A DNA stretch of 63,427 bases, counting the filler, from Asterionella formosa (Eukaryota), in the NCBI GenBank assembly GCA_002256025.1. It is 19 parts of 19 records of this genome, joined end to end, with 100 filler letters (N's around TTAATTAATTAA, not from the genome) between each part and the next. Parts side by side here need not be neighbours in the genome. Positions count along the whole stretch, not along the records: positions 9,598 to 38,511 come from NKIB01001113.1; 18 more parts are not named here. One strand, 5' to 3'. Of this stretch, positions 11,218-23,319 are shown in pieces (the first letter of the stretch is position 1; each line of letters opens with the position of its first letter). Both the position numbers and the translations under genes were made by a program. A model generated the notes under the pieces. It had not been told where the DNA came from, did not search any database, and saw only the letters and a program-made list of their open reading frames with translations.

Positions 11218-13365
11218 ATGTCTTCGTTTGAAGAAGGACTCACGCAGCTCATGATGCAAATGGAAGAGTTGAAACGCTCCTTGTCGTCCGATGAACACGT
11301 CGAACAGTGGCAACTGGAATTGGAAGCCATCGTGGAACAGCTCGACTTCCTCATGCGAAAGATGCTAGACGACCCAGCCAGTGATGTAAAGAAGGACATG
11401 TATGCACATTGTCAACAGCGAGTCATGGAGACTTGTCGGGTCGTCCTTTGTCACGTCACGGCTCCTCAAGCGAACAGACTAGTCTTTGATTTTGACGACA
11501 TGAAAGGGCAGGCTGCTATTGCAAGAATGATGGAGCTGTCATTGCTGATAGAAGTCATGAAGGATAGCACTTCAGAAAAAAATGGACATCCCTTTACTCA
11601 AGAGATGATAAACATGTATGCCAACTACCAAAAGGCAGTTCTCCGACAACGATGCAAGCCCGCCATTGCTCACCTGGCTCATTGGAGAAAGAATCCAGTG
11701 CAGAAAAATGCAATCGCAGAAGAAGATGACGAGAATCACATTGTACACCCACATTCAAACGCGATTACTGTCATTCTGGGTCAAGCTTCAGCCTTGATTC
11801 ATCCTCTTTTGCTTTGGAAATCAAATTTAACTGCAGAAATTCCAGTCCATCAAATGTGTCATGCCACTATTACAATATTAAATGAACAAGCACAATCATT
11901 GGTTAAGACCGTTTCAGATTGGTTTTTCGAAGATAAACGATTGGATGAGTGGATGGAACAAACTGTGGATCCTCAAAGAGCCAACGTCGATCTTGCGGAA
12001 CTCGATGGATTGGTAGAAGAAATGGCGTTTTCTTCTCAGGTTTTGGCTAGATACAATGCTCTCATGCAACAAGAAAATACTTCTCAAAACACTATTGAAC
12101 AGGAGCTGCTTCCAGAGTGGACTTGGAAATATGCCTCATTAGAAAGATTTCTAGGGATGCAACAATGGAAATCTGCTCTGGCGTTAGCAACTCCTGTCAA
12201 CATTGTTGTTGGATCTGATATCAAGGTCCCCAGTGTCGTCGAAGATGCACAATATCTAAGTAGTAGAGCTTTGGACCGAGCTACGTCGACGCTTTCGAGT
12301 CTAGCCATGGGGACCGTAGCGCATTCGCTTTCAAATGATATTTGGAGCACTGACATTCCTGGGGGGGTGTATCAAGCTCTCATGGATCAAAGAGGTTGTT
12401 GGATTGCTCCGGATGTAGAGACAACAAAACAAGAGAGAAAAACAAAAGATTCGTTTGCATCTGCTCTCTTGGATGCATTGGATGACGACATCAAATCTCC
12501 TAAATCTCCTCCAAGAACCGCTAGTGCGCCAGCATCAGGAGGTTTCCTGGGTTCACTTAGTCTAGGCGGAGGACAACAAGCACTGCTACTTCGACTGGAT
12601 ACTAACCTTTGTAAACTCAATGGTATATTCTCGGCTTCTGCCGCGTGCAAATCACTTGCGCAATCATTGGATGCTTGGCTATCTCACGAAGACAATGAAA
12701 AGACAATGTCAATGATTCAGTTGGCTCGCGAAGAACTGGAACGTTATTCCCAGACCTACGCTCAAATACTAGAGTTGCACGTAAAGTCGTCCTTACTAGA
12801 ATGGTGTGGATCGCTCGATGAGCCATCGCAGCGAAAAAAAATGTGTATTCATGATCTTCGAGAGTTCTTTTGGGAGGAGGACTTTGAGCTAGACAATGAT
12901 AGTTTCATCAAGGCCGAGTCGGATGCAAGATTGGAGAAAGTCCTTTTGGATCCCCTACGGGAATCTCCACTAATATCTCAGCTTTCTAAATGTGACTACG
13001 AAGTGTCATTAATAATTTGCCAAGAACTGTCAATATTGGTGGCTGATTTGGTGATTCGATCCCTTTGGGGATACAACAAGGTTTTCACTGACTGGGGGTC
13101 ATTATTACTTAGCAAACAAGTTCGCATGCTGCAAAGATTTATCGAAAAACTTGTCGAGGCAGCTCAAGATGCTCCACCTGTTTCATTTGTAGTTCAATTC
13201 GAGAAACTTAGTCAGGTTGTAACCATTTTGCAGCTGGAAAGGCCTTCTGATTGGTGCATCTATCAGTCCACGTCGGTGTTGACAGTGCAAGAACTGAGAC
13301 AAACAATGTCACTCCACAAAAGCTTTTCCGCTGAGGCTATCACAGCTATTTGTCAATCTGGTTAG
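11218..13365 (+). CDS. COG4: Conserved oligomeric Golgi complex subunit 4-like protein
   Basis: 715-aa single-exon helical ORF. The C-terminus (FTDWGSLLLSKQVRML...FEKLSQVVTILQLERPSD...LTVQELRQTMSL..F) matches the COG4 C-terminal pattern. Confidence 0.75.
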   Translation: MSSFEEGLTQLMMQMEELKRSLSSDEHVEQWQLELEAIVEQLDFLMRKMLDDPASDVKKDMYAHCQQRVMETCRVVLCHVTAPQANRLVFDFDDMKGQAAIARMMELSLLIEVMKDSTSEKNGHPFTQEMINMYANYQKAVLRQRCKPAIAHLAHWRKNPVQKNAIAEEDDENHIVHPHSNAITVILGQASALIHPLLLWKSNLTAEIPVHQMCHATITILNEQAQSLVKTVSDWFFEDKRLDEWMEQTVDPQRANVDLAELDGLVEEMAFSSQVLARYNALMQQENTSQNTIEQELLPEWTWKYASLERFLGMQQWKSALALATPVNIVVGSDIKVPSVVEDAQYLSSRALDRATSTLSSLAMGTVAHSLSNDIWSTDIPGGVYQALMDQRGCWIAPDVETTKQERKTKDSFASALLDALDDDIKSPKSPPRTASAPASGGFLGSLSLGGGQQALLLRLDTNLCKLNGIFSASAACKSLAQSLDAWLSHEDNEKTMSMIQLAREELERYSQTYAQILELHVKSSLLEWCGSLDEPSQRKKMCIHDLREFFWEEDFELDNDSFIKAESDARLEKVLLDPLRESPLISQLSKCDYEVSLIICQELSILVADLVIRSLWGYNKVFTDWGSLLLSKQVRMLQRFIEKLVEAAQDAPPVSFVVQFEKLSQVVTILQLERPSDWCIYQSTSVLTVQELRQTMSLHKSFSAEAITAICQSG

Positions 13366-14979
13366 TTGTGAGCAGGACCAAAAAGTGACATCCTAGGCCA
13401 TAGGATCTCAATCCATTTGTTTACAAGGCAGGTAGCCTCTACAAATTTGTTTTCTATTTTCAATGCATAGGTGATGTGTCCCTCCCTAGAAATTCCCTGA
13501 TAACCGCACTATTATCATGCATATATATACTCAGGCTGTCAATAGTTCAATAATTCAATGTACAGCGAAGAATCTGGTTGGCATTCTGAGAATACTAATT
13601 CTCCTACTTAGGCCGATGATCACAGTTCCCAAAATACGAAGATCGAAGATTGAAAAGCTGTCATGGCAAAATCTTCTTTCTATGTATTTGGGAAATTTAA
13701 TTGCCTCATCACAGTTCCCAAGATTAAAATAGTACATTAATCCATACAGCAAATGATCTGACGTTATGATTTTATTTTAATTATTTATTGCTACAGGAAA
13801 AACGGTAGTCTTGTTTAAATGTGTATATTGATTGTTACTATAATAATCATCGACATTCAAGATCCTTGCTGCTGTTATTGTTGTAATCATTGGCCATCAC
13901 ATCTGCCTGCCTCCTTTTCTCCTTTCCTTCCAGCATCTCAAGTGTGTTCCTACTATGGCGACTGAACTGAGTACACAACTGAAGAGGACTATTCCTTTTG
14001 CAACCGTCTTCGACATTGAAGTGGTGGTTCCATCCAAGCACACATGCTTCGTAGTGTGCAGATCACCATTATATTTGCTACTGGGTGCAAAATTCAACAC
14101 ATGTTACCGGTATGTCTAGTTATGAGAAAAAAATTCGAGATATGGGTGAGTGCTATTTTATAATTCAGGATGATATGTGTGGTACCACCTTAAAATCGCA
14201 ATTTTGTGATATACATGGGATTTCAAAGATACATCAATCATGACAGGTGATACACATGGAGAAAAAGTGGCAGAAGATAAGGAACAAACTTTGCAACACT
14301 ACCATTTCTAATTCAAACATCACCCAGGTATTGCACAAATTCCAAGTGGACAAGGTTTTGAAGGATGGATAATACAAACTTGTTTACAATATTTAAGTTT
14401 CCAGAAAAGAATCCAACCTGTCAAATCATGATTGATGAAGTAGAATTACCTACTCAATCAACCAGTCATCTCAATATCATGGTTGCTAAGCCCTTCCATT
14501 CAATGAGGATACAAGGACCCAATTGTGTGCTATTTTCTGACTTTGAAGATTTTTCGGAAGAATCTACAATTGGTTCCTCCAGATGTGAAACACAATAATG
14601 TTGTTCATATAAGTCAACAAGAGATGCAGCTAGCAGACTGAGAAGAGAACAGGCAGAAAGAGCATGCATGAATGAAATCACCATCATGATAGTGACTATT
14701 TATCTCCAAGCAAAAAGAAAACCCCTACCATGATGGACATGTTGATGCTCAATTTTCATGTTGCTCAAACTTGAAAGGGGGAAACTGATGAGATTGTTTC
14801 TCACGTTGATCTTTGTGAGAGTTTAAACACAAACACCCCAAAGACAGATATCATGCAGCTTTATTGAATTGCTTTGATAATTTACCTTCCTTTTAAAATA
14901 ATGATGTTGATAATACAGGTGTTATGACTTCCTCTGTAGTTGCTGACAAAAGTATCATGAGTGTCATTTGCCCTATCGT

Positions 14980-15525
14980 TGTTGTCAGGATTTAACAAGT
15001 AGGTTCTGGTTAATTATGAGCTTAATGATTAGAGTATCTATATAAGCTCCTAGTCCAAGGGGACTCACAAGGGTCTTGATGAGAAGGGTATGTACTAGGT
15101 GTCAAGAGTCCATGCTAGGTGTCATGTTTTAGCCTAGCATTGGTACATCTATTCTAGAGGTACATCTGTACCAATAGTTATCACATAATATATAGCTGCG
15201 GGTACATAATGCAATATGTACTACAAGCTGCATACTAGTAACCATGTGTATAGCATCACATACTAATCATGATCACTCTCGTGTACATGTATATGTACTA
15301 CGTGTGGGTTCCATTGTAGTTATGTGCGTAATGTAAAAGGGTACACCTTTCACTTATGGTATACATACACAGTGTGTCTTGCTGTGTAAATCTCTATAGT
15401 GAGAGTAAACAAGTATATGGTCTGTATAGAAGAGCCTATAAGGTTAACGTTATATAGGGCTTATACCATCTAATGATATAGTATATCTAGTGTGGGGCAT
15501 ACTGAACCATACTAGGTCATCATCA
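14980..15525. mobile_element. Putative LTR relic
   Basis: TG...CA bounded AT-rich block. Shares TACTAGGTGTCAA and CTAGAGGTACA..TGTACC with 61730-62000. No TSD found. Confidence 0.4.
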
Positions 15526-15942
15526 GTGTGTTGGAAAATGAAGCTTTGCCTACTGAGGATTCCTTACTCAGTCCAAACCCAAATGCAATAACAATGCCTT
15601 TAACTCCTACTCCTACTGATGAGTTGGATGATTCTCAAGAAAGTGGTGGGATTTTCATTGGCTGCAAAGCCATCAACAGTGAACACGTTTGCATTGATTG
15701 CAATTAATTTGTTTGTTCCATTTGCTGTGATGGTATTCGAAATCAACAGAACATTTGGTGTTGTGGCGAATTTTTTTCAATGCACAGTGCAGCTGAGAAA
15801 GAACTATTAGGGAACATAAATATCCATGAATGTTGTTCACTTATATACCGGTAGTAACTTAGAAGTAAGCAACCTTGCTTGTTTACTTCTTTTGCGAAAT
15901 TTGTAATAATACTGGTAGTGGTGACTCAAAGTTTTTTCCCAG

Positions 15943-16840
15943 GAAGGTCCGGTAATCAGTGCACATAGTGTGCAGGTTGCTCGTTTTCTGTTCATCGATT
16001 CACGTATGAGAAAAAGGAAGGGGTATACCCCAAAAATTGTCGAACCCCTAAATATTGCGCCACTCTGATATTCTTTAAATTGGCGTTTACATAAACGTTA
16101 AGCCATTACTCGTTTTATTGTCAAAATGAGCTTGAAGTCAGCAGTCAGCAAAAGAAGTCAGCAGTCAGCGATTTTTTCAAATTTTCAGCGAACCAAGTCA
16201 GCAACAGTCAGTAGTTAGCAAGTTAAAGTCAGCATTTTTACGATAGTACTGGTACGTGGTGGTAGCAATATCACGAAGTAGATATCAATTAATTTTTTAG
16301 GCATCAATGTTGATTTCACAGTTTATTATCATGTATGGAGTACCAGGTACCAGGTACAACTACTATGTTCCTCCCGATAGTATAGTATGAACGTAGAAGG
16401 CATCGCTTTTAGTATCCCAACAACAAAAAGATGATGCGTTTCCATCGTTATTCTAATATGAAAAGTAGACACAATTCGTACAATGGTAACGGTAGTCGGT
16501 CAATTCCTATGTACAAAGTAGCTTGTTTGACATCAGCATGTTGAAGTTAGCAGTCAGCGAATATTTCAAATTTTCACCAAATCAAGTCAGCAGTTAGCAA
16601 CAAGAAGTCAGCAGTCAGCAAGTTGAAGTTGTTAGTCAGCGATTCTGCGGTGAAAGGTGGCAGCGCTCTTCTGTTTGAAAGTTTATAATGGTTACAGGTA
16701 ATCTAAATAAATTGAAATAATTTGAGATTTTCATCATTTCGGAATTGGTGAGCCGGACAGACTTCCAATGAAGTACGTTGAAACCGCTACGTGGAATTTT
16801 TAGCATATAGTGGGCGCAACTCGCTGATTACCGGACCTTC
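15943..16840. mobile_element. Complete 898-bp non-autonomous DNA transposon with 17-bp TIR and CAG TSD
   Basis: GAAGGTCCGGTAATCAG ... CTGATTACCGGACCTTC, flanked by CAG at 15940-15942 and 16841-16843. Internal AGTCAGC repeats. A second copy starts at 47479. Confidence 0.9.
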
Positions 16841-17192
16841 CAGTCGACTACGTTTTGGCTCCTGTGTACACCGGTAGTCGTCTCTGTATCCCGGTACCTG
16901 GTACCCAGTACCAGGTACCAGGTACAGTATTGTACATACCGGTAGATATATTGATCGTCTGAAAAATGTTGTTGCTACGACTTACATAACAAGACAAGCA
17001 AATATCATAAATATTTTAGTGTTATTAAATGTGACACATTCAGAAATCGTTGTGTTGTAGTACCAGATCCAAGAATATCAATCATATATAGAAGGAAGCA
17101 CAAAGAAAGCAAATCATGGAAGCAAGAAGTAACTGGCACCCGTACCAGGTACCTGGTACTATAAGACGAGACCTTAATTACCGGTATATATA

Positions 17193-17544
17193 CTCAACCG
17201 GAAATTTACATAACCGTTTATAGTACAAGCCCAACCGTTACACGCTCAAATATCATATTCATTTATGAATACAAATATTTCAGAACTATCGGATTGGAAT
17301 TTAAATCTCCTTAAGTGAGTCGTGGCCGAAACGGAACGCAAAATTCCAAGCATAATGGCCGTCGGTTTTCAGTCCTTTTTCTCGGACAAATTCGATCTTG
17401 CATTTAGGCTTGAAGATCAAGTCTTGCAGGACTTGTTACCAAAATTGTTGTGATGTTAGTATATCATTCATTTAACTATCTGTCATAGTGGCCAAATTTC
17501 ATCAAAACTTTGATACCAAATGTTCGACTCTTATTCCGGTTGAG
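17193..17544. mobile_element. 352-bp MITE candidate
   Basis: 11-bp TIR CTCAACCGGAA / TTCCGGTTGAG. TA on the left flank only. Confidence 0.55.
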
Positions 17545-18024
17545 GATTACTCTTGTTTATGCAAATTCATTTATATGCAAATACGGTATGATACTGTACA
17601 TTTTACGTAATGGGCTGTCGAGCCATGTTGTTGTCATATGTGGAAACCGAATACGGCCGATGATTCAAATACACAAGACATAGTATCTTCCTGTGTCCCA
17701 CATAAAAAAAATTGCACAACCAAATTACTCATAAGTTTCGACAACGACAAACAAGTGAGTTAATAGAATTGTCAACAGGAGCATCTCCTGAGCGGCGGGT
17801 AACCATTTACCGTGTGTAGCGTGGCGAATGTTCCACCAGAATAGGTCGTCGACATGGAGTTTTCAATACCTCGCAACTGAGATTTCAGAATGCTACATTG
17901 CATTCAAGAATGAATAAATGCCGGCAATGGATGATTGGTTTCTGTTGATTAATCTGTCGCTAACCTATACTGTTTTCTTTCCATTCTTCGGGGTCTATCT
18001 GTGTACACAGCTATTAGCAAAACA

Positions 18025-18678
18025 ATGTTTAAAATCATTATTGCATGTATCGTGGTTGCCGCTTGCTTGGCAGACACTTCCCCGCCTGTCGCTGCCCCAT
18101 ATGCACTTGACAGAACTCTTACGCAGCCACCTTACGCTAGTAGTGAAGATAAAATCGCTTCAAACGCTCCTGTATCTACAACCCCCCCTGTTTCGATACC
18201 AGCTGCCCCTGTTTTATCTACCGTTACTGAGCCCCCTGTTGTGATTACCACCACTGCACCCCCTGTTGCGACTACCGTCACTGAACCCCCTGTTGCGACT
18301 ACCGTCACTGAACCCCCTGTTGCGACTACTGCCACCGAGCCCCCTGTCGCAACTACCGCCACTGAGCCCCCTGTTGCAACTACCGCCACCGAGCCCCCTG
18401 TTGCGACTACCGCCACTGAGCCCCCTGTTGCCTCATCGATTGATGTGACCTCTGCTCCGGTTGTAGCTACTCAAGCACCTGTGAGTTCAGGAAATACCGG
18501 AAAGGGCAAGGGTGGTTCGAAAATGATGGGTAAGGCCGGCACAATGTCAAAAGGAAGTAAGAAGAAAAAGAAGGAAAAGAAGGAGAAAGAATCCAAAGGC
18601 AAGGACGGAAAGTCATCCAAGTTGGAGAAGGCGAGCAAAGCAAGCAAGCAACGCGCACGTGGCCTACGAAGAATATAA
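18025..18678 (+). CDS. Secreted Thr/Pro-repeat protein with Lys-rich tail (cell-wall/silaffin-like composition)
   Basis: ATG at 18025, signal MFKIIIACIVVAACLA, about 8 copies of 27-bp TEPPVATT(A/V), tail KGKGGSKMMGK...KSSK..KASKASK, ending RARGLRRI. Confidence 0.85.
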   Translation: MFKIIIACIVVAACLADTSPPVAAPYALDRTLTQPPYASSEDKIASNAPVSTTPPVSIPAAPVLSTVTEPPVVITTTAPPVATTVTEPPVATTVTEPPVATTATEPPVATTATEPPVATTATEPPVATTATEPPVASSIDVTSAPVVATQAPVSSGNTGKGKGGSKMMGKAGTMSKGSKKKKKEKKEKESKGKDGKSSKLEKASKASKQRARGLRRI

Positions 18679-19582
18679 ATCGCCTGAGTCATTAAGTGAA
18701 TTCTTTTGGAGGAATATATTTGTCAACAAAAAAGGAATCGAGATAGAGGCAAGACAATGTAGGTGTAAAATCCAAATAACAACCTTTGGATGTCATTGAA
18801 TGTACGGAAATAATATATTGGATGATTTCCCTGTAAACTTCCCGACCATAGTACATAATTAAGGGAAATACGTCAAAATTAACACTTACTTTCTGTCTCT
18901 TTTCTGTCCATTGATATGCTTCATGACTAGGGACTTCGTAGTTGGAAAAGAGTGGCATTAGACTGAACAAAGAGAACCGACATCAGAAGCGCAGAAAGCA
19001 TTAGCTGTCTCGACCGTGACTGTTAGTCTCGCAAGAATCCTCAAACCGTCCGATATAGTCTTACTTCGCGGGCATGTTATTTTACTCTCGGATTAGCGGG
19101 TCGTTAGCTCATGACATCATGGCCTTCCAAAACCTACATAAGATGATTTGATATTTGTTTCCAAGAATACCATATTATTAGCGATGGTGCTACTCCCAGC
19201 CTAGTCGACGTACGCGTTCAAATTCGTTCAACTCACGAAACGTTACTGAAAAGCAACATGTTTCTGGATAATGCAAAAAGGTTAAAGCACCTGATGATAA
19301 TTCTGTGATTTTAATCTTGCTACGGGGATAGGCAGTCATAATTATGTTGGATTGTGACGAGCCGAGAGGGTCCCTTTATGTGTGGCAATTTCTTTTTGTG
19401 ATGAGAGTTCCTTACAGCCAGATTCTCTACAGATGCTATTGAAACAGTGCACTTGTAGAATTCTGAAATACAAGCAACAGGTTGAAATATTTACGAATTT
19501 GATTCCAATTATATTTTTATTTCTTGACGGCTAGGTTCTTGGTGTTGATATTAGTGTGCATGCATCATCAGAATATTGCTCG

Positions 19583-20082
19583 CTATTCGTCGTCATCAGA
19601 GTCATCCGAGTCATCCAGCCCTAATGCAGTATATGATGGCTGTGCTGCTGCTACTGCCTGCTTGGGAGGCGCCTTGGGCTTGGAAGCCTGTCGACTGTTG
19701 AGCCCGGATGAATCCGGGATATCCTCGTCATCTTCACTTTCCTCTGCTGGAACTTCTTGTTCCGCCTGTCTCCCAGTTTGAGCAGCTTCACAATCATCCA
19801 ACCACTCGCTAAAAACATCAATCGGTTCGTGCAAGTGATGCACCGACATTTGATAACTAGCTCCGCACAATCTACACTCTAAGGATCCAATGCCCGCCCT
19901 GAAATCCATTTTGCATTCAACAACGTCGTCGTTGGCGCAAAAAGGGCATTTGAAGCGCTTGGCCAACGAAACACGCTTCTTGGTTTGAACCTGATCAACT
20001 TGGTAAGTGAGCGGAACAACAAATACAAAGGACAGTGAATGTCACATGGACGTACCGGAGCTTTCTTCGCACGACGACCCAT
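19583..20082 (-). CDS. ELF1: Transcription elongation factor 1 (ELF1/ELOF1); exons 20082-20056 and 19990-19583, 144 aa
   Basis: MGRRAKKAP|VQTKKRVSLAKRFKCPFC...CRLC...EPIDVFSEWLDDC zinc ribbon with an acidic tail. 65-bp GT-AG intron at 20055-19991. Confidence 0.93.
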
Positions 20083-20763
20083 TGTGGCTCCTTTCCTTCG
20101 ATACTTCTTGCTAGTACCCCTGGTAGGTGTGCTATCATATATGTACTCCAGAAAATAAATTCATGCTTGAACTGGCTTATACATAGCTCATTCGTAATAT
20201 ACAACGCATGTATGGATATACATACCGTATACTTCATTGTCCTGTACCCCCTTGTACATTTTTCTCGAGGTGGAACCAAACACCCAATAATTTTCTTGTC
20301 ATAGACAAAGTAACGTGCTATAATTCTTTTTGTCCTCGTAGGCACTAGTATATAATTATTTAGCTATCATTGTTGCGATTCATTTGTACATACAAAACAC
20401 AAGAGACGACAGGTAGTGGCTGTGAGCCTCAGGAGAATCCTTCATGATGTTGTTGCAACCTTGACCATGACGAAAATACGAATCATCTCCACGAAAATTG
20501 AGAATGACGCTTTGCTACTTGCTACCTGTATTAAGAACGACATGTAAAATACAATTGTAAAAGAATTTAAGTAATAACACTAATAATGACAACGAAAATT
20601 GAGATCGCCGATAACAACATGAGGTCGTGTTGTTCTTGCGAGGTGAAGAACTCTCTCATTTTTCATAAGACGGAAATAATTGTCATATTAATATCTCTTA
20701 GAAAAATGTGGGGTATCCTGTATAACTAAAGAAATTTACTTAGGTCCATTATAAGGGAAATCT

Positions 20764-20845
20764 CTTCATTGTCCTGGGCCCCCTTAAGTAAAATCAGTCA
20801 AATTCAGTCACGGCAGTGTACATTGGGGGGTCCAGGACAATGAAG
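20764..20845. mobile_element. 82-bp hairpin or mini-MITE
   Basis: 20-bp arms CTTCATTGTCCTGGGCCCCC / GGGGGTCCAGGACAATGAAG with 1 mismatch. TA on the right flank. Confidence 0.65.
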
Positions 20846-22318
20846 TACCGGGTATACGGGTACACTTTATGCTGTTTTTACAAGTTGTTTGCAAGTACCA
20901 GGTGAGCGATTCCGCGCATCAATACAGATATTCCGGTATATAGAGTTAGGAAATATTGAGAGGACTCGACTAACACCTACTATTGTATACTTTGCTTGGT
21001 GTCATTTAAGAGAACAAGTTGTACATCAAGATTAACTAATAAGCTCATACATTCAATAAATACTACTACTTCTAGTTAGATACTACTTCACTTTGAATTC
21101 AAAAAGAGTCCAATTAGAACAGAACAAACATCATGGCAATGTATTCAAGGGTTCCTGTCATTCCTTTGATCAAAGGTTACAATGTATTTTCACCATCAAG
21201 ACTAAGACATTCCGAGTTGCTCTAACCGGTGGAAGGTTTGAATCATTTGATCAAGATATGATTGATGGAAGCTCTGTGGAAGCATTGTTGATTGGAGTGA
21301 GTCAATTTCATGACATGGGTAACACATGTGCTTTTAGCCCCCCTGCAGATACCTTTTCCTACTTTAAACGGTGTTTGACTGACATTGCCTTATCAGATAA
21401 GTTAAATGTGGAAGTACACCCAGACGATCAATCCTACAGCAGTTTTGATGAAGTGATGGTTTTGTGGCTAGATGATTGTTTACCAAAGGAGAGTTTTCAA
21501 CATCAACATCAATGGATGCCTCCCTACCTATCTAAAGCCTTTTCTATGTTTGTAATGGATTTCGGAGCTTGTATCAAAGCTTTAAACAGGCTACTTTAAC
21601 TAATGCCTCATCCAGAAGATCAAAATGGACTGTCGAAAGAATATCTGCTGATTATTATTATCCATTCAGTGCCCAATGAGTGGCAACAAGAGTTTGAATT
21701 AAATCATGCCAAGACTTCGGATCAATCAATTCACTCGGTTCTTGTTTACTCCTCTGAGAGTCAACAGTTGTTTAAGGATCAAAACAAGCACCTTACCAAG
21801 AACTCTTTTCAAACCATCACTCAAAATCGTCTTTGTATTGCCGAAGGCAATCGTGTGATGTTTCAAGAAAACAAGTGTGTCAGTCGTCAATTTTACAATG
21901 AAAAGTTTACTCCAAGTGGTCGTGGAAGAGCGCATGCCATTGTCAATGCGGCTGGTCATGCATGGGATCATCAAGCAACTGTCCGTCATCAAGATTTTCA
22001 AGCCAGTTGTATGTACCATGATTATCGTGGCCCTTGTCTGGTACATCCTGAAGCAGGTACACATACTTGGGGCAATTGCTTCCAGAACCCTCATACTCGA
22101 GGTGGTCGAGCAGATTGCACGGCTGGTCGTCATAATGGACATGGTGGCCATTCCGGTTTTGGTGGACGAGGACATTTTGGTGGTTGTTGAGGAGGTGGCT
22201 CACACAGTAATGCTACGCAAAGCTACCATGCATACTGACACTTCTAACCCTATGTCTGTTACACTTACTTGTATGTTAAATGCATGGGGTTATAATACTC
22301 ATCTGTCCATTTGGGGTA

Positions 22319-22561
22319 GGGGAATGGCTTAGTGGTTAGCACACCCACTGTGGTGGAGGGTTCGATTCCTGCATTCTCCACCTGCCTTTTTCATGTAGTC
22401 CCTAGGGTTCTTCCGGGGGGTGCAACTGACTAAAAGACAGGTCCCGTTGTACCGAATGGAAGAATAAAACCGGTACTAATTGTGTCCACTTATTTGGTGG
22501 GCCCGAGTGCAAATATTGGATAGCTTTAATGTACTATAAAATTTAATTGACTTTTTTTTCA
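22319..22561 (+). mobile_element. tRNA-derived SINE, about 243 bp, with 13-bp TSD, nested in the Gypsy element
   Basis: A box TGGCTTAGTGG (22325), B box GGTTCGATTCC (22359), acceptor-like pairing GGGGAATG/CATTCTCC. TSD TCCATTTGGGGTA (22306-22318) / TCCAGTTGGGGTA (22562-22574). Confidence 0.82.
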
Positions 22562-23182
22562 TCCAGTTGGGGTACCTGGTCGTACCGTTCCATGTGCCGA
22601 TCCTACCAAGAATATATTGGCCCAGGAAATTTCAGTGGTCACAAACTCTCCTGCTGGTCAATTTGTGGCTTTTGTCCCCCCTACTACAGCACAACAGGCA
22701 GCATATCATTGATGATCGCCATCACAGAGATATGTGCAATAAAAGCGATGCTATTCATAATGACTTATTGAGTATATCTCACATTAATCATCACCATGAT
22801 AATATTTTTAAGTTTATAGTTTGAATAAAAATACTCCTGTTGCTGTAATGCGGGACATGTATAAATGCATCAACGGACATGACATTCTACTTACATATCA
22901 GGGTCCGATTCCGGTTTCATGTTTTACTCTAAGGATACATTAATGTCAAATGATTTAATTCCGATGTCTCTCTTAGCGCCACAATTGGTGGATGCTATGC
23001 CTATTCATAAAATCCTTCGAGTGTTATTTGATAGTGGAGGATCCTTATCCTTAATACATGGACGGGTTATGCCTCAAGGTATTTCTTTGTCTTAGCAACG
23101 AGACTTCCCAATTAATACATACCATAGCTGGTACTAATTCATCTCATGCCAGTGTTACTTTACATGATCTAATTCTACCTGA

Positions 23183-23319
23183 ATTCAATCGATTTGTTTG
23201 TATTTTACAACAAAAATGTCATGAGAAACTATGGAACAGGTTTATGGTGATTCAATCGATTTGTTTGTATTTTACAACAAAAATGTCATGAGAAACTATG
23301 GAACAGGTTTATGGTGATT
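23183..23319. repeat. 67-bp perfect tandem duplication inside Gypsy pol
   Basis: ATTCAATCGATTTG...GGTTTATGGTG repeated at 23183 and 23250. Confidence 0.95.

Noticed and set aside
22319..22380. Functional tRNA gene
   Set aside because: The anticodon arm is truncated and the sequence is followed by a body, tail and TSD, so it is better explained as a SINE head.
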